DNA from: Octopus sinensis
Lineage: Eukaryota
Length of the DNA stretch: 64,000 nucleotides
Assembly: GCF_006345805.1 (NCBI RefSeq)
Contig: NC_043001.1
Span: 77,810,001 to 77,874,000 of the forward strand
Reading direction: 5' to 3'
A program made the translations under genes and the position numbers. The stretch's first letter is position 1; every line of letters starts with the position of its first letter. A model generated the notes under the pieces. It was not told where the DNA came from. It ran no database searches and saw only the letters and a list, made by a program, of their open reading frames with translations. This document shows positions 25,457-38,602 of the stretch, piece by piece.

Positions 25457-26744
25457 CGAGGGGCGTTCAATAAGTAATGCCTCTGACCCACTTCCCATAC
25501 CATAGCAGTAGAGCAACGAAACTTGGCACGGTTATTAGTCTTTTTCTACATATGAACCACCACCCAGAGTTACGCATTTCTCCCATGTTTGATGCAGCTC
25601 TGGAGACCGTTTTTGTAGAAGACCCCAGCTTGGTCCTCCAACCACGACGTGACTTCAGAAATCAAGGCTGCATCATCTGGGAAACGCTTTCCTTTCAAAA
25701 ACAACTTCATGGCTGGGAAGAGGTGAAAATCAGAGGGTGCAAGGTCAGGAGAGTAGGCGGGATGGGGGAGAAGTTCATAGCCGCACGCCTGTGCTTCTGA
25801 TCTGGCGACAAGCGAGTTGTGGACCTGAGCGTTATCCTGCAGGAGGAGGATGCCTTTGCTGATCTTGCCCCGCCTCTTGATTTTGATAGCTTCTCTTAAT
25901 TTCCTCAAAAGTGAAGCATAATAGGCTCCTGTAATTGGGGTACCCTTTGAAAGGAAATCTGTCATCACTACTCCGTCCTGATCCCACAAGACTGTGAGCA
26001 TGACCTTGCCAGCGGAGGGCTGCACCCTTGCCTTGTTTGGAGGAGGTGAGTCACGGTACTTCCACTGCATTGACTGGGCTTTGGTCTCTGGATCATAGTG
26101 ATGGATCCAGATTTCATCCTGTGTAATCAGTCTTTTGAAAAATTTTGACTCATCTTCTTGGCATATCTCCAAATTCAGCGTCGAGCACTCGATGCGTTCT
26201 TGTTTCTCGAAAGGTGTGAGCAGCCTGGGAATCCATCTGGCAGACACCTTTTGCATATGCAAATGGTCATAAATTATAGTTTCCACATACCCGGTACTAA
26301 TCTTGACCTCATGGGCTATTTGGCGAATAGTTATGCGTCGATCTTCCAAAATGGCAGCCTCAACTTGACGGACAGATGGCTCATCAATGGCAGGAGTGGG
26401 GCGACCAGATGTGGGAGCTGTTTCCACAGAGTTCCGACCATGTTTGAATTCACGATGCCAGCGTTTTACAAGGTTATATGATGGGGCATCATCACCATAA
26501 GTTACTTTGATTTCATCAAAAGTCTCCCGTGGTGTGCGTCCTTTCAAATACAAAAACCGGATCACTGCTCGACACTCAACAGGCTCCATTTCACACTTGA
26601 CTCAGTTCAAACACCTGTAAATCAGAAACCACAGTTAGTCCAGAGCTGTAATCTATAGAGATATGAATAAGTCCACATGCAAAATTTAAGCTCGATCAAA
26701 CAACTGCAAATAGGTCAGGGGTATTACTTATTGAACGTCCCTCG
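25457..26744 (-). mobile_element. Full-length mariner transposon (1288 bp), TA target duplication
   Basis: 32-bp TIRs CGAGGGGCGTTCAATAAGTAATGCCTCTGACC with 3 mismatches; TA at 25455-25456 and 26745-26746. Confidence 0.97.
25570..26589 (-). CDS. Mariner DD34D transposase, frameshifted near the C-terminus
   Basis: HTH N-terminus, WIPRLL, ITQDEIW, LLQDNA, YSPDLAPSDFHLF (34 residues between 2nd and 3rd D); a 1-nt loss turns KRWEKCVTL..YVEKD* into KHGRNA*. Confidence 0.93.
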   Translation of the reverse strand: MEPVECRAVIRFLYLKGRTPRETFDEIKVTYGDDAPSYNLVKRWHREFKHGRNSVETAPTSGRPTPAIDEPSVRQVEAAILEDRRITIRQIAHEVKISTGYVETIIYDHLHMQKVSARWIPRLLTPFEKQERIECSTLNLEICQEDESKFFKRLITQDEIWIHHYDPETKAQSMQWKYRDSPPPNKARVQPSAGKVMLTVLWDQDGVVMTDFLSKGTPITGAYYASLLRKLREAIKIKRRGKISKGILLLQDNAQVHNSLVARSEAQACGYELLPHPAYSPDLAPSDFHLFPAMKLFLKGKRFPDDAALISEVTSWLEDQAGVFYKNGLQSCIKHGRNA

Positions 26745-26814
26745 TATAAAGGAGCGTATTTAGGAAAAAATAAGGGAGACAAAGAAAGAAAGCATTAAAA
26801 ATAATTTTAAAAAA

Positions 26815-27070
26815 ATCAAAGTAACTGCTTCTATTTGCGATGGATGCGTGAATGTAATTTGTGGCCAGGTGTGGATTTTGCTACGAACTCACACTGATGT
26901 CTTTGATTTTACCTGAGAATTGGGCAATTGTTTTCAGTTGATTGCAGGATATAATTCTTTTATTGTTCTGTTTCTGCAACTCAAATTGTTTTGATGCATC
27001 GTGATGCATTTTACGCCATGCAGTTCGGTCTAGGCAATGATTTTCTTAGCAAGATGTGTCACATAGCAAG
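26815..27070 (-). mobile_element. RTE-type LINE 3' end relic
   Basis: ENHCLDRTAWRKMHHDASKQFE followed by a C2H2-like HQCEFVAKSTPGHKLHSRIHRK*. Confidence 0.65.
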
Positions 27071-28420
27071 AATGACAGTTGCACACGCCTGTTTATTTAT
27101 TTATTTATATAATTATTTATTTATTTATTTGATGCGCATTATATGAGACCGAATATTTACACAAATCTAAACATAACTCATTTGAACAAACACACATGCA
27201 CATGCCCATACGTATGCACGCACACACGCAACATACATGCATGGATCACGCACGCACTCCTCACATTCTGGTTTTATGTGCTCCCTATTCATCTCATATT
27301 TTACTTTCTCTGCTGTCCTCTCGCTTCCTTATGCTGTCTCTTTTCCACTTCCCTCATTTCTCCCTTTCTGATATACGTTTTGTCTTTCAATTCTCCCCCA
27401 ACTCATTCTCTTTCTATCAGTCATTTTATCACCCTCTTGCCACTTATACTCTTCTCGTGATCCCGATTGTGATTCTAATTCCGTTCCTTTTATCTTAATC
27501 GACAAGTTCTCTTTTACAAAAGTTCTACATGTAAATACGTCTTAAAATTTGCACCGTACATCTATTTTTCATTGTACAGTTATATAGTTTTCGTTTATGG
27601 ATATAAAGTACGACACGAAATGTTAGATTTTCTTGTCGCTTTCATGACATATTTATCTTTATTATAAATTTCTTTTGTTTTTTTTTTCATTTTTTGTTTT
27701 ATTTCTACGTCCTTCGGTAACATGCTTTCGTCTGACTTAATATATTATTTGTTTGTTCGACTCCGCTGTAACTCAATATGTTTCCAATTATTTGTGGAAT
27801 TTCTTATTTATTGGTTGCCTAAATCCTAAATTTTGTCAACACCGGCGTAGACGAAAGAACTTACAAAACGATATTTACGTAAATTTTAGGACCAAAATTA
27901 AATACCTATAATAACGCTGTTGATGGATTAGTACGAAACACGCAAATAACGTACCCGGTGCAACATAAGAGATTGGAAGGGTATATACCAAATCTAAAAC
28001 TAAGCAGTGGGGTATTAAAGTGTCATTGTACTGCCCTAACGTCGACGTATTCCAATGGCAAACGAAGACAATGAACGTTTGATCGCATATATATAAGTAT
28101 AAATCTAATCATCCCAACATAAATTTTATAAGTGGCGAGGGATACAATGAAACAAAAGTTGATGCTAATAAGGAAATAGTCTTATACATGACAATTTTAT
28201 CTCTTATGTCAATATTCCCATATTCGTCTCTTGCGTACTGCAAACTGCAGCAAAGATTTCATAACAGGTAATGAGAATAAGGCTATTCATGAAACGTTAA
28301 TAGATCAGGAGAATTTTCGTAATCGAAAAAGGTTAATAAGAAAGCAACAAAACATTAAATGTCCTCTAAAATGGAGCATAAATTCGAAAGCATTGTATCT
28401 TCAATGTACATTCAGGTATT

Positions 28421-28451
<31 letters not shown>

Positions 28452-28891
28452 TATATATATATATATACAGATATATATGTGTGCGTGTGCGTGTGTTTCT
28501 CTTTTTCATTGATACAATTAATTAGTTTTCCTTTATGAATATAGTGTACGACGCGAAATCTTAGATTTTCTCGTGGCTTTTCTGACATCTTTATCTTTAT
28601 TGTAAATTTCCTTTACATTTTTAAAACTTTATTTCTACCCTCTTCGGTAGCATATTTTCCTATATGTATACGTTTTTGTGTGTGCTATGTAAGTATGATT
28701 TTGTTTTTTCGTATGGATCCATATCAGAATTTAACTGACTGCGTATTCTCTGCTCAGCGTGCTCTATGACAAGCATACAAGCCGATTGCAAGGGAAATTT
28801 GAAATTTTCTGCTATCTTGACGCCGTACCCTTCGCAGTACTACATATAAATATACCGCAAACACAACGTCATATGTAAATATAACTGTAAG

Positions 28892-28937
<46 letters not shown>

Positions 28938-29112
28938 TGTGTGTGTGAATATCTGTATATATACATAAATGCATGTAAATATATAATATATAAATGTATA
29001 TACATATACATATATAATTATATATATACACAGATATATGTAAATCTATATATATGTATAAATATATAAATATATATATATACATTTATAAAAATATGCA
29101 TATATAATATAT

Positions 29113-29153
<41 letters not shown>

Positions 29154-29889
29154 TAAATATATATACATATACATAATATATATATACACACATGTATAAT
29201 ATGCACACATATATATTATATATATAATCTATACATAAGTACAAATATATACGCTCTCACACATACATAAATAGATACGTACACACATAAGCACACACAC
29301 ATATATATATATATACACATATACGTAGATAGATATATATTATATATATATATAATATATATATTATATATATAACATATACATCAGACACACAAACATA
29401 TATATATATATATATATACGTAGATACGTATCCTCTCTCGCTGTATATATATATAAATATATATATTTATACATATATATATTTATTATATATAATATAT
29501 ATATATATATATATACACATATATATACAGACACACACACATATATAATCACAACTTCCTTTTAGGGGGTTTAAAAAAATAGAGAAATGAAGAAACAAAG
29601 AAAATGCAACCAAACAAGGAAACACATACACAATATAACAACATGGCGACGAAACTGAGAAGTTAAAAGTGAATGATGTAGAATTTTATTCAATGGCTTC
29701 TGTTTGCGTCTGAATGTGTAGATTTCAGCGCCGAAAGTAAGATGGTGGAGCTATATTTAGTCGCCACACACTTTTATCTGCTTCCCTAGCAATTCTCTTG
29801 CCAATCACGTTTTAGACAACTGTCAGAGCTGCATACAAAGATGGAACGAGCTCTTTTATTTTGAAGAAAAAATTCCTAAAGCGACAAAC

Positions 29890-29931
<42 letters not shown>

Positions 29932-29966
29932 TATATTATATATCACATACTATTATATATTATATA

Positions 29967-30007
<41 letters not shown>

Positions 30008-30294
30008 GACTATATGTATACAGAGATTTACAGCTATATATTTATAGGTATGTATATATATACGCATGTATATTTATATCTATATATACATATATTTATG
30101 TGTGGCGTGTGTATGTAAATGTATGGGTGTGCGTGTGTGTGTGCCTATATATATATATTGATGCAGAGAAGTTTAAAGTTATATATATAAATATGTGTGG
30201 TGTATATATATATGTATGTTTATGAGGTGTAGTGTGTATTTTATAAATATACATATATAAGTGTATTAAGTATGTATATATATATATATGTATG

Positions 30295-30325
<31 letters not shown>

Positions 30326-31054
30326 ATATATATTATATATCTGTGTGTGTGTGTGTTTGTGTATATGGATATTGACATAAAACACTCGCGCACAAACGCT
30401 CTTATATATAAATGCACACATTCATACATGCAAATACATACGTATATCTACAAATACATATATATGTATATATATATATATATCTATATATATATATCTA
30501 GGTACATGTACTATATATATATATTTGGATGTGTATATATATGTGTATATATATATGTGTGTATATATATATATGGATGTGTATATCTATATATATATAC
30601 ATATATAAATATACATGTATCATATCTATACATATATATGTGTGTTTGTGCGCTCGCGCTCTTGTAATTGTACTGCGGCACTTCTTCGCGACATTACTGC
30701 CTTTGTTCTTGTGGCTTATTGTTGTACTAGTTGTTGTTGCTGTTATTGTTATTACCACCTGTTGATATCTCCTATGCTATTACTGCTTTTCCTCTTCCTC
30801 ATAATTTTGTCGCCGTCATTCTCCTCCTCATCCACGTTCCTCTTAATATGATCGTTGTTCTTTTAATCATTTTTATCACAAGTTTATCGCAGTCACTGTA
30901 TTTGTTCTTTGACTTTTTGTTGTTATTGCTCCTATTGTTGTTGTAGTACTTATTGTTGTTTCATTGCTATGAGCTTGCATTGATATTGTTTTTGTCATAG
31001 TTTTGTTCCCGTTGATTTTACCGTAGCTGTTGTTTGTGTTGAATTTTTGCTTAC

Positions 31055-31229
31055 CATTGATGTTTGCATCAACTGCTAACTTACAGGCGTCATTACTTTT
31101 TCTTACTGCTTCTTCTACATCTTCCATTGTGCTGTATGTCCCTTTGGAGTTCGGTAAGCAGATACAACCACCAATTAATATCATCCCCTATCATTTCCTC
31201 AAATTTCTTTCAAAGACAACCGGCATCAA
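31055..31229 (-). other. Exon-shaped 175-nt segment, or AP-endonuclease relic
   Basis: Acceptor ATGTTTTCAG, donor AATG|GTAAGC, ATG-led MEDVEEAVRKSNDACKLAVDANING; but LVVVSAY..LAVDAN also resembles LINE APE motifs. Confidence 0.2.
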
Positions 31230-31330
31230 CTGAAAACATATGAATGACTTCAATCTGAATATAATGTATTAGAGTTGAATACAAGAGAGCTTGATCATTA
31301 CACGTGCGCGCGCACACACATACACACATG

Positions 31331-31461
31331 TGTCCCTTTCTGTAGAAGAGCGTAGACTCGAAACGTAAAATACTTTTTCTATCCCTGAGCGTTATACTAA
31401 TACATCTGTTTGTTTTGTACACCACCTGTTTCCGTCTTTTGTTTTTTTCGTAAACTCTCCC
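31331..31461 (+). repeat. ~130-bp dispersed repeat with hammerhead-like motif, directly 5' of the Penelope ORF (pLTR-like)
   Basis: Closely similar to 49532-49663; TTT-CTGTAGAA-GAGC gtag ACTC-GAAA-CGTA-AAA. Confidence 0.7.
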
Positions 31462-31481
31462 TATATATATATATATATATG

Positions 31482-33025
31482 TAGGAGTAGTAGTAACAGA
31501 AAAGAGGAATTTCGATTATCACCACGTGGTGAATTGTAATGTATATAAGAAATTAAAAAAGGAAAATACGCACACTTACAGTCTTTTTTACGGCCTTCCT
31601 AAAATGCACAAGAACAAGATAATCAATGAGGCCTGCAAACAACCACCAGGCAAATATATAAATATCCAAACGCCAGAAGACTTGACTTTAAGACACATTG
31701 TAGCTGGGCCAGCCTGTGAAACCCACCGCCTAAGCAATTTTCTAGGCATGCTACTGAAACCCTTGCTGAAACACATCAAAAGTTTCATTAGAGATGAATT
31801 TGACATGCTAGAATACCTACCAAAAACAATTAATGAAGAGGCAATATTGGTTGCCCTCGATGTTATCAATCTTTACACCAACATCCCCCATGACTATGAA
31901 ATAAAAGCAATTAAATTCTGGTTGGAAAAGCATCCCGAAATCCTCCGGGAACGCATAAACTAGATCTTTATTATTGAATCCTTAAAATTTATACTTCAGA
32001 ACAATTATTTCCTATTTGATGACATATGCTATCGTCAGATGCGGAAATGCGATGGGGAGGAAAGCAGCTGCTGTTCTTTTGAACCTAATAATGGGTTATT
32101 TTAAATTCACCTTATATGAAGTATCAAATGATTACCCATTTTACCTCTGCATAAGAGGAAATTGGACGAGATACCTAGATGACTGCTTTATCATTTGGAA
32201 GGAGAATATCGACAAACTTTTGGACTTCAAACCAACACTAAATGATATAAATAGTAACATTCAATTCACAATGGAATATAACAAAGAACAACTTCCATTT
32301 TTAGACATCATGATAAAAAAAGTTAACAATCAAATCATAATTGACATTTATTATAAACCAACTGATTCAAAACAATATCTTCTCTTTAACTCATGCCACC
32401 CGAAACACATCAAAATAAACATCCCTTTCAATTTAGCAAAAAGGATTTGCACAATAGTGTCTGATAGAACAACTCGGCACCTTCGTCTTCAAGACATGAA
32501 AACAACGCTTATTGAAAGATAATATCCATCCTCACTTATCGACGAGGGAATTAAACGTGCCAAACAATTAGACACAAAAAACTAAGAACAACAAAACATA
32601 ACACCACACCTCAACTCAAAACATTACTATTTATATCAACACACAACCCCAGAAACAGTGAGGCATTCAACACTATTGTGCAAACTCTTCATTTACTAAC
32701 TAGAGATCCAAGAATGAACGACATCCTGAAAACGCACAAACTTATCAAATGCAAAAAACAAGACAAATCGCTAAAGAGACTACTAACAAATGCGAAGTTT
32801 TACAAAACAACCACGAAATCAGCGGTTGCAAATGTGGCCGCCCAAACTGTGGAACCTGCCCCAACCAGTTTGAAGCCTCGGATTTCCTTTTCAAACAAGG
32901 ACAGAGGTTCGCAATTAAAACTATTTTCATTTGTGCTTCTGAGAACCTAATTTATGTAATAACCTGCTCGGGTTGCGGACACCATTACATTAGACAAACG
33001 AGTATGACCTTGAGAAAGAGAACCA
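31482..33025 (+). mobile_element. Penelope-like element: RT + GIY-YIG endonuclease, pseudogenised
   Basis: FYGLPKMHK, LRHIVAGP, LDVINLYTNIPH, RYLDDCFIIW, LPFLDI, SCHPKHIK, NLIYVITCSGCGHHYIRQTSMTLRKR. Confidence 0.92.
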
Positions 33026-33235
33026 CTCCATGTGTTGCTGATGTGTTGACTATGAGTTGCACTCTCCCTGAATTTATAGAGGGGGTGGAATTCTGAAGTT
33101 GGGTTGTTCGTTAATGGCATAAATATGGATGTGCTTGCTTAATCCTACTTTTTTGTATTCTCGTATTTTAATCTCGAATCTACGTACCGTCACCTTCTGA
33201 CGTAAACTGTTAATACATATTTTAGGTTTTCCGAA
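33026..33235 (-). mobile_element. Second PLE GIY-YIG C-terminal fragment in opposite orientation
   Basis: Minus strand INSLRQKVTVRR..GLSKHI..NEQPNFRI, then after a frameshift PLYKFRESATH. Confidence 0.6.
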
Positions 33236-33422
33236 GTACATGTGAAATTCTTCTCTGTGAAACGCTGACCATGTTTGAAAGAGATTTCTGATCCCTCAAT
33301 TAGGGATTATATACCACAGTTAGGTCTTCGGCATTGTTTTACTGTCGGTTTCGGTGCTAGAAGACTTTCCACTGACCTGGCTTTCACAAAGGAATACAGA
33401 GAGAGTGCGAGAGAGACAGAGA

Positions 33423-33461
<39 letters not shown>

Positions 33462-33513
33462 ACTCCTTGAAAACTATGGAAATATTTACCTATTTAAGGA
33501 GTATAACAATACC

Positions 33514-33935
33514 TTTTACTCTTTACTCTCTTTTAATTGTTTCAGTCATTTGACTGCGGCCATGATGGAGCACCGCCTATAGTCGAGCAAATCGACCCCA
33601 GGATTTATTCTTTGGAAGCCTAGTACTTATTCTATCGGTGTCTTTTGCCGAATCGCTACGTTACGGGACGTAAACACACCACCATCAGTTGTCAAGCGAT
33701 GTTGGGGGGCGGGGCAAAAACAGACACATAAACATATACATACATACATATATACATATATATACATATATACGACGGGCTTCTTCTAGTTTCCGTATAC
33801 CAAATCCACTCACAAGGCTTTGGTCGGCCCGAGGCTACAGTAGAAGACACTTGCCCAAGCTGCCACGCAGTGGAACTGAACCTTGAACCATGTGGTTGTT
33901 AAGCAAGCTACATACCACACAGCCACTCCTGCGCC
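33514..33935 (-). mobile_element. SINE family B, full length
   Basis: Minus strand starts GGCGCAGGAGTGGCTGTGTGGT, B-box-like GGTTCAGTTCC, ends GGCGGTGCTCCATCATGGCCGCAGTCAAATGACTGAAAC + GAGTAAA repeats. Confidence 0.9.
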
Positions 33936-34118
33936 TTTTGGGGGAGGGGACCAGTCGATTAGTTCAAGCCCAGTACGCAACTGGTTCTTAATTTATCGAC
34001 CCCGAAAGGATGAAGGGCAAAGTCGACCTCGGCGGAATTTGAACTCAGAACATAAAGACAGACGAAATACTACTAAGCACTTCGCCCGGCGTTCTAACGT
34101 TTCTGCCAGCTCGCCGCC
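33936..34118 (-). mobile_element. SINE family A, well preserved
   Basis: Minus strand GGCGGCGAGCTGGCAGAAACGTTAG..GAGTTCAAATTCCGCCGAGGTCGAC. Confidence 0.9.
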
Positions 34119-34189
34119 CTGTACAAAACATTTCACATAATTTTTTTCGCCAATTTAATTGGTCTTCATATCTAACTCCTAGTTGAAAA

Positions 34190-34515
34190 AGTCTAAAACG
34201 GCGGAAACTGGTACTAAAGTGTACTTCATGATAATACTATTTTAGCATTTTCTACCTACAGATGTCTCTAAGTGTGCTCCTTATTACTTTCTCGACAGGA
34301 AAAAGACCATTTCTGCATCAAATCCTTCCTTATGATGACAAATGTATACTCTTTGACAACAGCAGTAGAACAGGACAGAGATTAGATGCAGGAGAGTCAC
34401 CTAAATACTACCCAAACCCATCATTGCGCCCTAAAAAGTTAGTGGTCAATGTATGGTAGTATACGAAGGGAGTTATTCATTATTCATTTGTGCAACAATG
34501 AAAAACGGTAACACG
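34190..34515 (+). mobile_element. Mariner transposase relic (first catalytic D region)
   Basis: PFLHQILPYDDKCILFDN..PKYYPNPSLRPKKLVVNVW*YTKGVIHYSF. Confidence 0.75.
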
Positions 34516-34813
34516 AACACCGGCAGCAATTGAAATATATATACAGAACCACAGAAGGGGATCATATTTTAAAGAAGCTGGCATTTTCTAAAATGTAATA
34601 GGATCCACGTATTTTAAATTATTCAATGTTAAGGAGAACTTACAAATGAGAAGCGGTTAGATTCCTCAGAAAATAAATGTGCAGAAAATCGTATTAACTC
34701 GAAATAATCTTGTCTGTACTGTAACAAGTGTCTAGAACATTACACACGTAAGTGTGTGTGCCTGCACGCATGCGTATGTATATATACGTGTATATATCTG
34801 TATACATACACAC

Positions 34814-34849
<36 letters not shown>

Positions 34850-34934
34850 GTATATATGTAGGTCCCGGGTAGATCCGGGGTTAACCACAGTAAGTAAGGT
34901 ACTCAATACATAGCAGAGTAAAATTAATTTATTA

Positions 34935-35339
34935 TATAGAAGGAGCTTCTACAGGACTAGTACTGTTTCATTCAAGAGAAATCTTCAGGAAGCTATTAAC
35001 AAGAATTGTATTAGCATTTATACATTTAGGCAGGTTTAAAGGAGTGGTGGTGGGGGACTTTTTTGGGGTAGGCATAGCGCAAATATCATACTTGGGGGAG
35101 TGGTCAAGGAGTCAGTGGTAAGTTAGATGAAAGAATAGATAAATAAAAAAATAAATAAAAAATAAAAAATAAAAAATAAAAATAAAAAAATAGAAAAATA
35201 AAAATAAAAAAAAAAAAAATAAAATGTGTGCACATACATACATAAACACATATACATACACACACACATACGTACACATGTGTGCCTATACATACCTACA
35301 CATACACACATACACATACATACACATATATATATATAT

Positions 35340-35395
<56 letters not shown>

Positions 35396-36149
35396 ATACA
35401 CAATCCAATACAGGCCCATTCCCTAATTTTAATTTTATTATCTTCATTTATTACTTTTGTTATCTTTGATCGCTAGAGCTAAGGATCCTGGCGATGGCAG
35501 CATGTCCAAATTGTCTGTCTACTAGAAGGCAAGTACTCGTTCCCACACGCACACTCATTAGCACGTACATACACCCATTCGTACACTCATACACATACAC
35601 GTACGCACGCGTTATATTCATACATACAAACATCTACATACGTTCACGTATATACACATACGTACTCGTACCTACAGATTCATGTCTACACTTTAGGAGG
35701 CTAGTCTATATAATACACCAATAAATATACATATTATATATATATATACATACATATATTACACATATACACATACACACACACACACACACATATATAT
35801 ACTCCTACATACAGATACATACCTATATATATATATATATACAACACACATACATACATGTACACATATATATATATACATATCATACATATATATATAT
35901 AAACATATATATATATATATATACATACATACATACCCACACACCCATATATATACACACACATACATACACATATATATACATACACAAACATATATAC
36001 ACACATATATATACATACATATACATATATACACACATACATACACACAACTACATACATATACACACAAACACATACATACGTAAACATACATACATAC
36101 CTCCATACATCCATACTTACATGCACTTATACGCATACACACACCCCCA

Positions 36150-36190
<41 letters not shown>

Positions 36191-36211
36191 TCACACATAC
36201 ATATAAAATAT
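34935..36211 (+). repeat. Left arm of large inverted duplication
   Basis: Reverse complement of 37698-38982; ORF-track translations at 35494(+) and 38422(-) are identical for 73 residues. Confidence 0.95.
34944..34994 (-). ncRNA. Type I hammerhead motif (copy 1)
   Basis: AGCTTC-CTGAAGA-TTTCTCTTGAAT-GAAA-CAGTACTAGTCCTG-TA-GAAGCT; 6-bp P1, 4-bp P3. Confidence 0.75.
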
Positions 36212-36527
36212 ACGCCCACCCAACATACATACATACATACACGTATACGCATACACGCCATACACATATACATGCGTACCCATACACGTGCCCACACGCA
36301 CATGCATCCATATGTATACACACACACACATATATACACGTGTTCAAGCATACATACATACTCATACACGCACACATACTTACATATACATATATGCACA
36401 CACTTCCACCACACATATACATACACATATACATGCACATACATATATGCATACATACACACAACGCGCACTCATATATACATATACATATACACACATA
36501 CACATATATACAATAACATATATTACA

Positions 36528-36569
<42 letters not shown>

Positions 36570-36800
36570 CACATATCACATACACACACATACATACATA
36601 TACACAACATATATATAACACATATACACATACACATACTGCACACATACACACACATACACGTACACCTACATACATATATATATATATATATAATACC
36701 ATATATACACCACATACACATATACCATACATATATACACACATACATACCATATACATACACACACACACATACATATAACACGGATACACGTACCCAT

Positions 36801-36852
<52 letters not shown>

Positions 36853-37284
36853 TATACACATGCATATACTTATATCTCTACATACTCACATATAAACATA
36901 TATATATATATCACACACACATATATATAAATGTACACACACATACACATATACATACATATATCACATACACAACACATACATATATATATACATATAC
37001 ATATACATATATTATACATATATATATATAATTATACACATACATATACCCCCACATATATACATATATATATATATAACACACATATACACACACACAC
37101 ACACATACATATACACATATACATGTATACATACGCAATAATGATACACATATATACACATACACACACACAGACAGATGCATATACATACATATATATA
37201 TAAAAAATTACATATCTATATAAATACATACATAATACACATATACCACACTATATATATAACATACATATACATACACATATA

Positions 37285-37318
<34 letters not shown>

Positions 37319-37511
37319 CATATATATAACACATATACATACACATGCACATACATATACAATATACATACACATGCATACACACACACGCGCGCACATA
37401 CATATACACACACATATAAAAAAATACATACATACATACCACATACACACACACACATATATATACATACATGTACACATACCACACATACACACACATA
37501 TATATATATAT

Positions 37512-37575
<64 letters not shown>

Positions 37576-37579
37576 ATAT

Positions 37580-37697
37580 ATCAACAAGGGAGGGTAAAGT
37601 TAATTAGTTATTAATCAAATTCACCAAGAATTCAGTATGTAAAGGGACCAATATTATTTTGAGTAAACAATGTTAGAGGGAAAAAATTCTCTAAGTA
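37580..37697. repeat. Fragment of the dispersed repeat also seen at 63647-63720 (probable PLE terminal repeat)
   Basis: GAGGGTAAA.TTAATTA.TTA.TTAATCAA.TTCACCAAG.ATTCAGTATG.A.AGGGACCA shared. Confidence 0.7.
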
Positions 37698-37719
37698 ATA
37701 TTTGTATATGTATGTGTGA

Positions 37720-37760
<41 letters not shown>

Positions 37761-37986
37761 TGGGGGTGTGTGTATGCGTATAAGTGCATGTAAGTATGGA
37801 TGTATGGAGGTATGTATGTATGTTTACGTATGTATGTGTTTGTGTGTATATGTATGTAGTTGTGTGTATGTATGTGTGTATATATGTATATGTATGTATA
37901 TATATGTGTGTATATATGTTTGTGTATGTATATATATGTGTATGTATGTGTGTGTATATATATGGGTGTGTGGGTATGTATGTATG

Positions 37987-38023
<37 letters not shown>

Positions 38024-38531
38024 GTATGTATATGTATATATATATATATGTGTACATGTATGTGTGTGTATATATATTATATATATATAGGTATGTATCT
38101 GTATGTAGGAGTATATATATATGTGTGTGTGTGTGTGTATGTGTATATGTGTATATATATGTATGTATATATATATATATATATGTATATTTATTGGTGT
38201 ATATATATAGACTAGCCTCCTAAAGTGTAGACATGAATCTGTAGGTACGAGTACGTATGTGTATATACGTGAACGTATGTAGATGTTTGTATGTATGAAT
38301 ATAACGCGTGCGTACGTGTATGTGTATGAGTGTACGAATGGGTGTATGTACGTGCTAATGAGTGTGCGTGTGGGAACGAGTACTTGCCTTCTAGTAGACA
38401 GACAATTTGGACATGCTGCCATCGCCAGGATCCTTAGCTCTAGCGATCAAAGATAACAAAAGTAATAAATGAAGATAATAAAATTAAAATTAGGGAATGG
38501 GCCTGTATTGGATTGTGTATATATGTATGTG

Positions 38532-38602
<71 letters not shown>

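Noticed and set aside
26900-27016. 117-nt open exon-like segment (RTAWRKMHHDASKQFE..) in phase with 31055-31229
   Set aside because: It lies within an RTE C-terminus (LDRTAWRK plus downstream C2H2 motif), so the splice fit is probably coincidental.
35494-38422. Duplicated ORF MAACPNCLSTRRQ.. as a gene pair
   Set aside because: Identity reflects the inverted duplication; the ORF drifts into CA/TA repeats and shows no recognisable domain.
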